The position numbers were made by a program, and so were the translations under genes. A stretch of 32,000 nucleotides of DNA. Source: Wolbachia endosymbiont of Drosophila innubila (lineage in GTDB: Bacteria; Pseudomonadota; Alphaproteobacteria; Rickettsiales; Anaplasmataceae). The notes beneath the pieces were generated by a model. The model saw only the letters and a program-made list of their open reading frames with translations. It was not told the origin of the DNA and made no database searches. The DNA lies in the NCBI RefSeq assembly GCF_021378375.1, contig NZ_CP076228.1, forward strand, positions 210,001 to 242,000, in the 5' to 3' direction. Shown here piece by piece: positions 1 to 10,612 of the stretch (the first letter of the stretch is position 1; each line of letters opens with the position of its first letter).

Positions 1-2158
1 CAAGGTTAGAAGTTAAAATCAGTATGGTGTTGCGAAAATCGATTAATTTACCATGACTATCAGTGAGTCTACCCTCATCCAAGATTTGCAGCAATAGATT
101 AAATATATCTGGATTTGCTTTCTCGATTTCATCAAACAGAATAACCTGATATGGCCTTCTTCTTACCGCTTCAGTTAATCTGCCACCTTGTTCATAGCCA
201 ACATACCCTGGAGGCGCGCCAATTAACTTTGAAACAGAATGTTTTTCCATATATTCTGACATATCAAAACGCAAAAGCGCTGATTGATCGTCAAACAGAA
301 ATTCAGCTAAGGCTTTCGCAAGTTCGGTTTTACCAACTCCAGTTGGACCTAAAAATAAAAATGAACCAAAAGGCTTATTGGTATCTTGCACCCCAGAGCG
401 GGAGCGCCTAACTGCATTACTTATCGCTTCTATTGCATCTTTCTGCCCTATTACTCTTCTTCCTATTTCATTCTCCATGTTAAGGAGTTTTTCCTTTTCA
501 CTATGCATCATATTATCAACTGGAATTCCCGTCCACTTTGAAACAATGTTTGCAATATCATCTCCAGTCACTTCTTTCTTTAAGAAACTATCAGTAACCT
601 TTTCCTGATTTTTTAATTCATTCTCAAGCTGAGGGATCACACCATACATCAGCTCTCCTGCCCTTCCCAAATTCCCACTACGCTGAACTAATTCCAACTC
701 TTTTCTAGCGTTATCTAATTTTTCGGCTGTTTCTTGTATTCTAGCTATTTTATTCTTTTCCATCTGCCATTTGCTATTCAAGTCAGCAAATTTACTGTTT
801 AGATTTTCGATCTCTTCATTTATCTTTTTTAAACGCTGTTTAGAATTTTCATCACTTTCTTTTTTTAGAGCCTCTGCTTCAATCTTTAGCTGTATAACCT
901 TTCTCTCAAGTTCATCAATAACTTCAGGCTTGCTATCCATTTCAATTCTCACCCTACTTGCTGCTTCATCAATCAAATCAATTGCTTTATCAGGTAAAAA
1001 CCTATCTGTTATATATCTATTGGATAACGTTGCAGCAGCAATTATTGCACCGTCTGTAATTCTTATACCATGATGCACCTCATATCTTTCCTTCAAACCC
1101 CTGAGTATTGAAATGGTATCAGTTTCAGTTGGTTGAGAGATAAACACAGGCTGAAAACGCCTTGCAAGTGCAGGATCTTTTTCTATATGCTGACGATATT
1201 CATCTAAAGTTGTGGCTCCTATACAGCGAATTTCTCCACGCGCAAGAGCAGGCTTCAGCAGATTCGAGGCATCCATTGCACCACTTGTTGCTCCTGCTCC
1301 AACTAAAGTATGAAGCTCATCTATAAACAAGATAACTTTTCCCTCCGCTCTCGAAAGCTCATTAATAACTGCTTTTAACCTTTCTTCAAATTCTCCTCTA
1401 AACTTAGTGCCAGCAATTAGTTCTCCAAGATCCAAAGCTAAGACCTTTGCATCATGCAAACCAAGTGGTACATCGTTTGCAACAATTCTATTTGCAAGCC
1501 CCTCAACTATTGCAGTTTTTCCAACACCAGGTTCACCGATCAGCACTGGATTATTTTTTGTCCGCCTCAGTGATACCTGCATAGTTCTTCTGATCTCTTC
1601 ATCACGACCAATTACAGGATCAAGTTTTCCTTGCATAGCAAGCTCTGTAACATCTTTTGTATATTTCTTTGCCGCATTTAATTTTTCCTCACTGTTTGGC
1701 GAGTCCGCACTGCTGCCCTTTCTCATTTCTGCAACAACTGAGTTCAGTTTTTGTGGAGTCACACCATTCTCTGCCAGAATTTTGCCTACAGTATCATCTT
1801 TTTGTGCAGTGAGGCCATGCAGTAAACGCTCGACAGCAACAAATGAATCTTTATTTCTCTTTGCAATACCAATTGAATCTTCAAAAACTTTTGCTATTTC
1901 TCTTGAAAGTTGAAGGCCACCACTTCCTGGACCTTCAATTACTGGCAACTTTTTTATTGCACTATCCACAGCATCGGAAATACTCTGCACATTTCCACCA
2001 CAAGCGTTTATCAAATCCTGAACTAAACCTGATTCATCTTCAAGCATCACTTTTAGTAAATGCTCAGGCATAAAAATCTGATGCCCAGCTCCCAACGCTT
2101 TCATTTGAGCACTTTGAATTAGACTTTTTGCTTTTTCGGTAAATTTATTTAAGTCCAT
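1..2158 (-). CDS. clpB: ATP-dependent chaperone ClpB (Hsp100), N-terminal and central part; truncated by left window edge
   Basis: Reverse-strand translation starts [39 protein letters not shown]. It contains [15 protein letters not shown] (Walker A, NBD1), [12 protein letters not shown] (Walker B), a long coiled-coil middle domain, then [21 protein letters not shown] (NBD2). Open to the window edge, which is why it is missing from the ORF track. Confidence 0.96.
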   Translation of the reverse strand, partial: MDLNKFTEKAKSLIQSAQMKALGAGHQIFMPEHLLKVMLEDESGLVQDLINACGGNVQSISDAVDSAIKKLPVIEGPGSGGLQLSREIAKVFEDSIGIAKRNKDSFVAVERLLHGLTAQKDDTVGKILAENGVTPQKLNSVVAEMRKGSSADSPNSEEKLNAAKKYTKDVTELAMQGKLDPVIGRDEEIRRTMQVSLRRTKNNPVLIGEPGVGKTAIVEGLANRIVANDVPLGLHDAKVLALDLGELIAGTKFRGEFEERLKAVINELSRAEGKVILFIDELHTLVGAGATSGAMDASNLLKPALARGEIRCIGATTLDEYRQHIEKDPALARRFQPVFISQPTETDTISILRGLKERYEVHHGIRITDGAIIAAATLSNRYITDRFLPDKAIDLIDEAASRVRIEMDSKPEVIDELERKVIQLKIEAEALKKESDENSKQRLKKINEEIENLNSKFADLNSKWQMEKNKIARIQETAEKLDNARKELELVQRSGNLGRAGELMYGVIPQLENELKNQEKVTDSFLKKEVTGDDIANIVSKWTGIPVDNMMHSEKEKLLNMENEIGRRVIGQKDAIEAISNAVRRSRSGVQDTNKPFGSFLFLGPTGVGKTELAKALAEFLFDDQSALLRFDMSEYMEKHSVSKLIGAPPGYVGYEQGGRLTEAVRRRPYQVILFDEIEKANPDIFNLLLQILDEGRLTDSHGKLIDFRNTILILTSNL

Positions 2159-2409
2159 AACACCAGTTAAATTCGTATTTGCTGATGTATATAACAACTG
2201 ATTTCATAAATTTAAACCTAAAGTTGTTTATTGTTAGGTATGAAATTTAAAACTTTCTTAAAAAAGGAACTATCATAGTAACCATACAAATATCTTGTAT
2301 CTCAAGACCTTTGGTTTTTGTTGCTGAAAATGGTTGTATTATTTAAGTTATTAACAATATACAATACTAAGTTAATGTAATTTATTTGGAGATGACAGGA
2401 AAATTTATT

Positions 2410-3136
2410 GTAACTTTATATTTTAAATAGAATAAAGTTCTTTTGTTAGTATTGTCCTTTTTGTAAAAAATATTCCTAATTTCTTCATCATTTCTGTGGG
2501 TAAGGTCATCTGCTTCTCTACCTTAAGTGGTTAACAAAGTTTCTTGTCATGAAGGACCAAATGGAAGTCTGCTCGTTTTCACGCGAATTAATGTTACAAA
2601 TTCTATCCATTTCGTTACAAAATGGCATTCGCTTTCTCCATTATCCTTTACCTGCACATCCATCAGCATTCCTTGCGGGTTGCCTGCCATATAGGCGAAA
2701 ATACAGGCTTATCCTGTTCCTTTTGTCATACAATAGTGGGTTAGGTGGCTTCTCTATACCGGTGGAATTATTATTTGCGTACATCCAGAAATGAAAAATG
2801 TCACATTACCTTTTGGTCGGAGCTTATCAGCATCTTTAGCTCTTTAATCGTTACGATACTTATGAAGCTTCACTTACGTTCACCATACCACTAAGCCTAG
2901 CCCTCCAACCACATGATGCTTGTAGTTTATGCTTTCTCTCACGATTGAGCATCTTCTTTATCAAGAGGAGGTTCATTGTCCGCATCGCTTGGCACCAACC
3001 GGTTACCCGATTCGCACTGATGCATAGACTCAGATGGCAAAACATCTGGTTTAATAAGTTTTAGAACTCTTTTAGTTTCTTTCTGAAGGAATTCCTCTCC
3101 TTTTAAACAATATGACCGAAGACTTTCAGGTCGCAC
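2410..3136 (-). mobile_element. Probable 5' fragment of a group II intron (truncated; no intact intron-encoded protein seen)
   Basis: On the minus strand the sequence changes abruptly at 3136 to GTGCGACCTGAAAGTCTTCGGTC..., matching the group II 5' consensus GUGYG. Several hundred bp of structured-looking non-coding sequence follow (e.g. GAATCGGGTAACCGGTTGGTGCC). No reverse transcriptase ORF or domain V was found. The left boundary is approximate. Confidence 0.5.
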
Positions 3137-3382
3137 CATTTCAATAATTAGCTGGGTTCCAGCAGAATCAGTACAGAAAACATCAACAATACTTTGTTTT
3201 TTAGAGGCAATCTCAGCATCCATGATAGTGCTGAGAAATTCTATTTCTTCTATTTCATCTTTGCCAGCGAAGCCCAATATATCATTGAGAAAGTGAATGA
3301 GAATATCTTTATTTTTCTCAGTGCCAAATATTCTCTTGAACGCGAAATTGTTTTTTGGATCGAGAAATTTCGAAAAGGCCAT
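3137..3382 (-). pseudogene. Rpn family recombination-promoting nuclease / PD-(D/E)XK transposase-like protein, N-terminal fragment
   Basis: MAFSKFLDPKNNFAFKRIFGTEKNKDILIHFLNDILGF...SIVDVFCTDSAGTQLIIEM is typical of the N-terminus of this family. Homology-like sequence stops after IIEM, where the putative intron begins. Confidence 0.8.
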
Positions 3383-3444
3383 AATTAAATACAATTAGGA
3401 GACGAATAATTATACACTATTTTTCGCAAATGTTCAACCTCTGA

Positions 3445-5274
3445 TTACTCCTTATTCTTTGCCCTTCCTGCACGCTTACGTTCATTTGGATCAAGGAATT
3501 TCTTGCGTAAACGTATAGATTTTGGAGTTACTTCCACCAATTCATCATCATCTATATACGCTATCATATCCTCCAGTGTCATTATCTTTGGTGGAGTGAG
3601 CTTTATAGCTTCATCACTACCTGAAGCTCTTACGTTTGTTAATTGCTTACCCTTTAACACATTTATCTCCAAATCATTGTCACGGCTATGCTGGCCGACA
3701 ACCATGCCACAATATACCTTATCCTGTGGCTTAATAAACATAATTCCCCTGTCTTGCAAATTGAAAATTGCATATGCCACAGCCTCACCCTTATCTGTAG
3801 AAATTAAAACTCCATTGCGCCTTCCAGAAATTGGACCTCTATGTGGAGCATAACTGTGAAATAAACGGTTAATTATGCCTGTGCCACGAGAATCAGTTAA
3901 AAACTCTCCTTGATAACCGATTAATCCTCTTGATGGCACTAAAAACGTTAATCTTGTCCTGCCATTACCAGAAGGTCTCATGTCAGTTACTTCACCTTTA
4001 CGGAAGCTGAGTTTTTCCATGATGATTCCACTATATTCATCATCTACATCAATTACTACTTCCTCTATAGGTTCAAGTTTTTTACCGCCTTCTTCTTTAA
4101 ATAACACGCGAGGGCGTGATACCGAAAGCTCAAAACCTTCTCTCCTCATATTTTCAATTAACACTCCAAGCTGTAACTCACCACGCCCACCTACTTCAAA
4201 TGCTTCACCGCTTGGTGCCAAAGTCACAGTAATTGCAACATTTGTTTCTGCTTCCGCATATAAACGATCCTTTATAGCAGTTGAAGTAAGCTTTGTACCT
4301 TCTTGCCCAGCAAAAGGTGAATCATTAACGCTCAGAGTAATCGCCATTGTTGGCGGATCAACTGGAGTTGAGCTTACTGCAGTTGTAACTTCTGGTGCTG
4401 CTATAGTATCTGAAACCGAAGCTTCCTCAAGTCCTGCAATTGCAATTATGTCTCCCGCCACAGCTTGTTCTACTGGAATGCGTTTCAAGCCAGAAAATGA
4501 GAGCAACTTAGTTAATCTTCCTCGTTCAATTACTTTGCCATCGAGGTCAAGCACCTTAAGATCTGAATTGACTTTTGCAATGCCCTGATAAACCTTTCCT
4601 GTCAATATTCTGCCAAGAAATTTATCAGACTCAAGTAGAGTGACCAACATAGCAAAAGGTGCATTTTGATTATAAACAGAAGGTTTTATATAATCTATAA
4701 CCGTTGAAAATAATGGGCTTAAATCTTTTCTTTCATCAGAAAGCTCCTTAGCACACCAGCCATTTCTACCTGAAGCATACAACACTGGAAAATCTAGCTG
4801 CTCGTTGGTTGCATCAAGGTTAAAAAATAACTCATATATTTCATTTAATACTTCATCAATTCTGCTATCTGGTCGGTCGACCTTATTGATTATCACAATT
4901 GGCTTCAAATTTGCTTTTAGTGCTTTTGAGAGCACAAATTTTGTTTGTGGCATGGGACCTTCTGCAGCGTCAACCAGCAGCAACACACCATCTGCCATGC
5001 ACAATACCCTTTCCACTTCCCCACCAAAGTCCGCGTGCCCTGGCGTGTCAATAATATTGATCTTTTCATCGCCCCACATTATTGATGTACATTTTGCAAG
5101 TATTGTAATTCCGCGTTCACGCTCTTGATCACCACTATCCATCACTCGTTCTTGAACTTCTTGATTCTCGCGGAATGTGCCACTTTGTTTTAACATGTTA
5201 TCAAGTAAAGTAGTTTTACCGTGGTCAACGTGTGCGATTATTGCTATATTTCGGATCGATTTAAATTCGTTCAT
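3445..5274 (-). CDS. typA: Translational GTPase TypA/BipA
   Basis: 609 aa; MNEFKSIRNIAIIAHVDHGKTTLLDNMLKQSG, DTPGHADFGGEVERVL, NKVDRPDSR; C-terminus matches the TypA domain architecture. Confidence 0.97.
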   Translation of the reverse strand: MNEFKSIRNIAIIAHVDHGKTTLLDNMLKQSGTFRENQEVQERVMDSGDQERERGITILAKCTSIMWGDEKINIIDTPGHADFGGEVERVLCMADGVLLLVDAAEGPMPQTKFVLSKALKANLKPIVIINKVDRPDSRIDEVLNEIYELFFNLDATNEQLDFPVLYASGRNGWCAKELSDERKDLSPLFSTVIDYIKPSVYNQNAPFAMLVTLLESDKFLGRILTGKVYQGIAKVNSDLKVLDLDGKVIERGRLTKLLSFSGLKRIPVEQAVAGDIIAIAGLEEASVSDTIAAPEVTTAVSSTPVDPPTMAITLSVNDSPFAGQEGTKLTSTAIKDRLYAEAETNVAITVTLAPSGEAFEVGGRGELQLGVLIENMRREGFELSVSRPRVLFKEEGGKKLEPIEEVVIDVDDEYSGIIMEKLSFRKGEVTDMRPSGNGRTRLTFLVPSRGLIGYQGEFLTDSRGTGIINRLFHSYAPHRGPISGRRNGVLISTDKGEAVAYAIFNLQDRGIMFIKPQDKVYCGMVVGQHSRDNDLEINVLKGKQLTNVRASGSDEAIKLTPPKIMTLEDMIAYIDDDELVEVTPKSIRLRKKFLDPNERKRAGRAKNKE

Positions 5275-5379
5275 TTTCTATCATTTCAAAATTAATTTAG
5301 TAATAAGTATACATAAAATACACTTGGAGTAAATAACTAAAGCTGTGTATAAATGCTGTGTTTCCAAGATATTATAGGA

Positions 5380-5976
5380 TTACTTTGTTAAATATTCCCT
5401 ACTCCCAGGTTTTGTTATGGGTAGTTGTTTTAATTCACTTGGAAGTTCTTCCTCGCTGTAGTTTTTGATGTTCAGTTCAATCAAAGATATGACAGGAAAA
5501 GGCAGTTTCGTTTCACTATTTCTCTTTATCAAAGAAGCTTCAGCAACAACTTTACCTCCTTCCCCTTCTGCACATTCCACTGCTTCAAGTGAAGATTTAC
5601 CTGTGGTTATTACATCTTCAATGAGCAATATTTTCTCACCCTTTTTGATCTTAAATCCACGGCGTAATTCAAACTTACCATTAACGCGCTCGCAAAACAT
5701 TGTCTTTATTCCAAACTGCCTGCCAATCTCATAACCCACAATTATTCCACCAATTGCAGGAGATAATATTAAATCTATGGAGCTATTTAATTCTTTTTTT
5801 ATTTTATCTGCTAATAATGCGCAAACTTTCATGGCTCTGCTTGGATTTTCAAAAATCTTCGCACACTGTATGTATGTGTCACTATGCAGCCCGGATGATA
5901 AAACAAAATGCCCATGCAAAATTGCTTCTGCTTCTTTAAATTCTTTTATTATTAGGTTATTTTCGTCTAATATCAT
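5380..5976 (-). CDS. pyrE: Orotate phosphoribosyltransferase
   Basis: 198 aa; HGHFVLSSGLHSDTYIQCAKIFENP and the PRPP-binding loop ILLIEDVITTGKSSLEAVE. Confidence 0.93.
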   Translation of the reverse strand: MILDENNLIIKEFKEAEAILHGHFVLSSGLHSDTYIQCAKIFENPSRAMKVCALLADKIKKELNSSIDLILSPAIGGIIVGYEIGRQFGIKTMFCERVNGKFELRRGFKIKKGEKILLIEDVITTGKSSLEAVECAEGEGGKVVAEASLIKRNSETKLPFPVISLIELNIKNYSEEELPSELKQLPITKPGSREYLTK

Positions 5977-5979
5977 TTT

Positions 5980-7164
5980 TTAAGTTTCACTATTACATTC
6001 TTTATTAATTATCTGAGTGATACAAACATCAGACCACACATTTATTGCAGTTTCAAACATATCGATGATTGTATAAATAGGCAAAATCAGTCCCATAATA
6101 TGCAGAGGAACATTCATCGACATGAGATAACTGGTTGCCATAAAATAGCACCCCATCGGCACTCCAGCGTTACCAATTGCAGCCCCTGTAGCTAAAAAAA
6201 TCCATATCAACATTTCGCTTAAGGAAAATACGTATCCGTTCATTTCTGCAACAAACATTACAGTGATTAGTATAAATGCAGCACATGCATTCATGTTAAT
6301 TGTTGTGCATATTGGTAAAATAAAAGACGATAATTTCTTTGGCACCTTTAGCTTGTTCTGCACACATTCTATAGTTGTTGGCAATGTTGCACTGGATGAT
6401 TTAGAAAAAAACGCAAGTGTGAGTGCTGGCATAACCCCTTTCAGCGTTTGAATTGGTGATATGCCTTTATACCACATAAATAGCGGTAAAATCAGAAATG
6501 CCTGCACAAAATTTGCAGACATTATGCAAACAAAATACCATAAAAGATTGTAGAACTCACTACCGCCTTTTAATTCATGCAAAAAACATGTAATAAAAGA
6601 CCAAACAGCAAGCGGAATAAATTTTAATAACCCTTGAGCAATTTTAAGTAGCGTATCAAAAAGTGCAGAGAATACTTGATATAATATATCCTGCTTTTCT
6701 TTTGAAAGTGAAACAATAGCTCCACCCATCAAAAAAGCGATTAATATGCTACCAATCATATTATTTTCAAGAAAAACTTGCACAAAATTAGAAGGAATGA
6801 GTGATTTTAAATATGAAAAATAACTGTGGTTATTGCTGTTAATACTCCCTATTGTATTACTTATGAAATTTTTTCTTGCTGGATCTATTAACAAATAAAA
6901 CGATAATGCAACAAACGCAGCTATAATAGTTGTAAGCAGAGTATAAAATAGTGTTTTCTTAACTAAGACTTTGATTTCAATTGAGTCTTTGAGTCCGGAA
7001 ATTGTGGAAACTATGGATAAAAAAACCAGAGGTAAGCTTATTAATTTGAGCAAGCTGATAAAGATATCACTAAATAGCTTTGCTATTTCAAATATGATTT
7101 CATTGTTTAGGTAGTAAGCAACTATTGCAAGCAGTATAGAAAAAAGTATTGCAAACTTGTGCAT
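5980..7164 (-). CDS. Dicarboxylate/amino acid:cation (Na+/H+) symporter family protein (DAACS)
   Basis: 394 aa multi-spanning protein; serine-rich FFSKSSSATLPTTIECV and PICTTINMNACAAFILITVMFVAEMNG motifs typical of the GltP/GltT family. Confidence 0.88.
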   Translation of the reverse strand: MHKFAILFSILLAIVAYYLNNEIIFEIAKLFSDIFISLLKLISLPLVFLSIVSTISGLKDSIEIKVLVKKTLFYTLLTTIIAAFVALSFYLLIDPARKNFISNTIGSINSNNHSYFSYLKSLIPSNFVQVFLENNMIGSILIAFLMGGAIVSLSKEKQDILYQVFSALFDTLLKIAQGLLKFIPLAVWSFITCFLHELKGGSEFYNLLWYFVCIMSANFVQAFLILPLFMWYKGISPIQTLKGVMPALTLAFFSKSSSATLPTTIECVQNKLKVPKKLSSFILPICTTINMNACAAFILITVMFVAEMNGYVFSLSEMLIWIFLATGAAIGNAGVPMGCYFMATSYLMSMNVPLHIMGLILPIYTIIDMFETAINVWSDVCITQIINKECNSET

Positions 7165-7362
7165 TGAAAATAAAACTTCAAAGTAACATTATACAATAAT
7201 TTTGCTGTTTTGGAATCAGATTGATAGACAAAATAACTTTACAGATTAGGGAAAGATAAGAGGATGTGTTTATTCGGAGACAGTGTAAGATTTCTTAATT
7301 TAAATTTAGGTGCACTTAGCCCATTCTGGTGATAACAAATTGGAATAGATAAGATATGATAA

Positions 7363-8688
7363 CTAACTCTTCTGCGAGTATATAGTTTTGCCGGACACAA
7401 CAGTACGTACTACGTGTCCTTTTACTTTGCGACCATCGAAAGGAGAATTCTTTGATTTACTAGCAAAGTTGTCAGTTTTAATTTCCCATTCATGATTGAG
7501 GTCAACTAAAATTAAGTCTGCAGCAAGGTTTTTTTGTATACGACCACGTGGTATGTGTATTATATCTGCAGGCTTATATGTCAATTTTGCAAGCACATCA
7601 AGTAGACCCATTTGCCCACTGTGATAGAGTTCAAGTGAAAGGGGCAGCATTGTTTCAAGACCAACAATACCAAATGCAGCATTTTCAAGTGGTAGATCTT
7701 TAGAACTACGATCATGCGGAGCGTGATCAGTTGCAATGCAATCAATCACACCTGTCTTTAAACCTTCAACCATAGCTAAACGATCTTCTTCAGTGCGAAG
7801 CGGCGGATTCATTTTTGCAATTGCTCCATGTTGTTTTACTATATCTTCAGTCAAAGTGAAGTGATGAGGGGTTACTTCGCACGTAACATTTAATCCCAAA
7901 TCTTTTGCACGTTTAATAGCATCAAGTGAATCTTTTGAAGAGACATGTAGAATATGGTAGTGCACATTTTCCATATCCTTCATTAGCAGTATATCGCGAT
8001 TTACCATAACCGATTCTGACGCACTCAAGATCCCCTTTACTCCCAATTCTTCAGAAATTTTACCTTCGTTGATTGCGCCACCAGCAGATAAATTTAAATC
8101 TTCTGCATGTTGAGCAATAGGAACATTCAGCATACTTGAATAAAGCAGCGCCTGTCTCATAATCATTGGGTTCATAACTGGCATGCCATCATCGGTGAAC
8201 CCAACCGCACCTGCTTCCTTTAAAAGTGCCATTTCAGTCAGGTGTTCTTCCGAAGTGGTGATTTTAGCGTAAAATTCAACGTTTACATGTGAAGTTTCAA
8301 GTGCTCTATATTTCAAATATTTAGCCAAAATAACGCTATCAATTGCTGGAACAGTGTTTGGCTGACAAACTACAGTTGTAACTCCCCCCGCAGCTGCAGA
8401 TTTGCTGCCTGTATATATAGTTTCTTTATGTTCCTGGCCTGGTTCACGAAAATGTACGTGAATGTCAATAAGGCCTGGCATTAGAACAAGCCCTTTACAG
8501 TCTATTGTTTCATCAACTCCACTTGTTGAAAATAATGATTCACCAAAGTCAACAATTTTATCCCCTTCAGTCAATAATGAACCTTTTATATCAAGTTTAG
8601 TTTCCGGGTCGATAATACGAGCATTAGTATACGCAATTTTATAGCCTTCCTTTTGCCCTGTTTGCAACAAATCCCAAGTTTGAGTCAT
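7363..8688 (-). CDS. pyrC: Dihydroorotase
   Basis: LVLMPGLIDIHVHFREPGQEHKETIYTG, the metal-binding DIHVHFREPG motif, and IDCIATDHAPHDRSSKD. The track ORF extends to 8742, but the internal MTQTWDLLQ start at 8688 is more plausible. Confidence 0.93.
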   Translation of the reverse strand: MTQTWDLLQTGQKEGYKIAYTNARIIDPETKLDIKGSLLTEGDKIVDFGESLFSTSGVDETIDCKGLVLMPGLIDIHVHFREPGQEHKETIYTGSKSAAAGGVTTVVCQPNTVPAIDSVILAKYLKYRALETSHVNVEFYAKITTSEEHLTEMALLKEAGAVGFTDDGMPVMNPMIMRQALLYSSMLNVPIAQHAEDLNLSAGGAINEGKISEELGVKGILSASESVMVNRDILLMKDMENVHYHILHVSSKDSLDAIKRAKDLGLNVTCEVTPHHFTLTEDIVKQHGAIAKMNPPLRTEEDRLAMVEGLKTGVIDCIATDHAPHDRSSKDLPLENAAFGIVGLETMLPLSLELYHSGQMGLLDVLAKLTYKPADIIHIPRGRIQKNLAADLILVDLNHEWEIKTDNFASKSKNSPFDGRKVKGHVVRTVVSGKTIYSQKS

Positions 8689-9782
8689 TATATTTGAGTA
8701 TCGATTATAAAATAAATCTAAAGTTTTTTTAATAAAACACAACCAAATTAAAACACAGACTAAGAGCTGTCTTGAATTAAAGTGCTTTCATTACCCTAAA
8801 GATTTGGTTCTTATAACCTAGTTAGCTCAGTTTTAACGTTAATGTGTGAAGCTCTGAGTTCTGTTGAAGGATTTTCCAGCTGAATATCTAGCTCATTCTG
8901 TATGTTCGATAAACAAATTAAAGCTGAATCAAAAATTTCATCACACTGCTTTGCTTCATGTATATCATCAATTATTTCCTCGAATTCTTCCACATCATCC
9001 ATTTCTTGCGGCGCACTTTTTAATATCGCTTTTATTTGGTTTAAGTTTTGACGAATTTTCTCCTGATATCCAACAATTCTCTCTTGATATATATCAATCA
9101 TTTTTTGACATGCGTTGCCTCTAAATGGATGTTCTTTTTTCTCTTTTATGTAAGAACTTTGAAAGTCTTTACAGTTAAGGATTGCTTCTCTATGTTTTTT
9201 TATGTCATTAATTGCGCTGATTATCGACTTATCTATTTTCTTTAAATTTTCTTCCCGTTCTTCTCTTTTAATTATACTTTTGGATTCATTTTTTATCTGG
9301 TTCATTTTGTCATACAGGTTTCTGCATCCTTTGTAAGATGCCATTGGTTGTAACATTCCTTCTTTTACACCTTTATTGTAAAAATTCTTCAACTCATCAC
9401 TTGATAGTATTGTTATAGCATCTTCCCTTTTACCTTGTGATTTAGGATACTTTTTATTCAATAAACTAACATGATTTAACAAGAAATCTCTAACTAGCCC
9501 TTCTTTTTTTACTTCGGATAATCTTTCTAGTGTTTCTATATATTTCAGAGTTTCCGCAAAGAGCTGTCCACCAGAGGGAGCAAATCCTTGAAGTGATTTA
9601 CTCTGTGCTTTACAAAAATCGGTTTGTAAAAAATCTTCAGCTTGTTTTTTTATTACTGAAAGTTCATTAAAGGCTTTTTCTGGATTGATTTTTCTCAAAA
9701 TACTAATAGCTTTTCTAATCGCTTTTTCTCTCTTTTTATTATCTTGCTTTTCATTTAAGAGGTTGTCCGGAAACTAGTAAAT

Positions 9783-10094
9783 TCAAGCATATTCCCTCTT
9801 TAACATAACCCTACTCATAGCTAGGTATATGAAATTCTCAGTGGATGTTGTGAGTAAATCATACTCCTTCGATAGCCTTCTATTCCTATTAACCCAAGCA
9901 AAAGTCCTTTCTACAACCCATCTTCTTGGCTGTACTTTAAACCCTTGTTCTCTTGTTGGTAGTAGCTCAGGTGGCGTATCTTTGTGCACCCAAAATCTAC
10001 ATGGAGGCCTTTTAACAATTTCAATATCTATGTCATATTCTTCCTTTATGTGATTCTTTAAATTTCTTCCTTGGTATCCCATGTCAGCCCACAT
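9783..10094 (-). pseudogene. IS5-like transposase C-terminal fragment
   Basis: MWADMGYQGRNLKNHIKEEYDIDIEIVKRP...QPRRWVVERTFAWVNRNRRLSKEYDLLTTSTENFIYLAMSRVMLKR; DDE domain end. The middle part (NEQPSACIVDSQSVKT...MMEVKKSKG) runs into an in-frame stop, so orfB appears frameshifted near 10230. Confidence 0.85.
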
Positions 10095-10366
10095 TTTTTA
10101 ACTTTAGTATATTTTGTTCTCATATTGTTTAATGCTATTTTAATACCATCTCTATCATTTTCGTTAGCAGCGCCTACGTAACAACCTAGTATAAAACCCT
10201 GAGTGTCTGTAATTATATGCCTTTTTCTACCCTTTACTTTTTTTTACTTCCATCATAGCTTTGATCCCCTTTTCTGTAGTCTTTACAGATTGACTATCTA
10301 CTATACAGGCACTCGGCTGCTCATTCTTTCCTATTTTTCTTCTACTATATTTTGTAATTTCATAAT

Positions 10367-10612
10367 TCATTTTCTCAAAATTCCCTGCTTCTTCCATTGC
10401 CTGAACTGCTCATACACAGTCTTCCATAGCGGAAAATCATTTGGTAAATACCGCCATTGACACCCTGTACGCAATACATAGAAAATTGCTTCTAATATTT
10501 CTTTTTTGCTATACTTTGGCAGCCTTCCTCCTTTCTTGTATGATACTCTGAAGTGTTTTTCTATTCTTGCCCATTCCCTTTCGCTTAGATCTGTTGGATA
10601 CTTTTTTCTCAT
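10367..10612 (-). CDS. IS5-like transposase N-terminal ORF (orfA-like)
   Basis: MRKKYPTDLSEREWARIEKHFRVSYKKGGRLPKYSKKEILEAIFYVLRTGCQWRYLPNDFPLWKTVYEQFRQWKKQGIL; typical transposase helix-turn-helix region. Confidence 0.85.
   Translation of the reverse strand: MRKKYPTDLSEREWARIEKHFRVSYKKGGRLPKYSKKEILEAIFYVLRTGCQWRYLPNDFPLWKTVYEQFRQWKKQGILRK

Noticed and set aside
151-2073. Plus-strand ORFs at 151-411, 378-608, 771-1073, 1407-1913 and 1843-2073
   Set aside because: Antisense shadows of clpB on the minus strand; their translations are low-complexity Ser/Phe/Leu-rich and resemble no family.
2549-3045. ORFs 2549-2794 (+) and 2860-3045 (-)
   Set aside because: They lie in the group II intron-like fragment and do not look like real proteins; more likely chance ORFs in structured RNA sequence.
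3137-3382. Rpn-like nuclease plus group II intron considered as a retron or defence system
   Set aside because: The RT is absent from this fragment, the nuclease is truncated at its active site, and the architecture fits independent mobile element decay.
3503-5128. Plus-strand ORFs inside typA (116, 202 and 107 aa)
   Set aside because: Opposite strand of a confidently identified gene with biased shadow composition.
5380-8688. pyrE - symporter - pyrC considered as a novel pyrimidine transport/biosynthesis operon
   Set aside because: The transporter belongs to the dicarboxylate/amino-acid family and ~200 bp separates it from pyrC. Plausible but unsupported as a dedicated system.
9829-10460. 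Plus-strand ORFs inside the IS element (74 and 85 aa)
   Set aside because: Antisense of the transposase fragments; no independent support.
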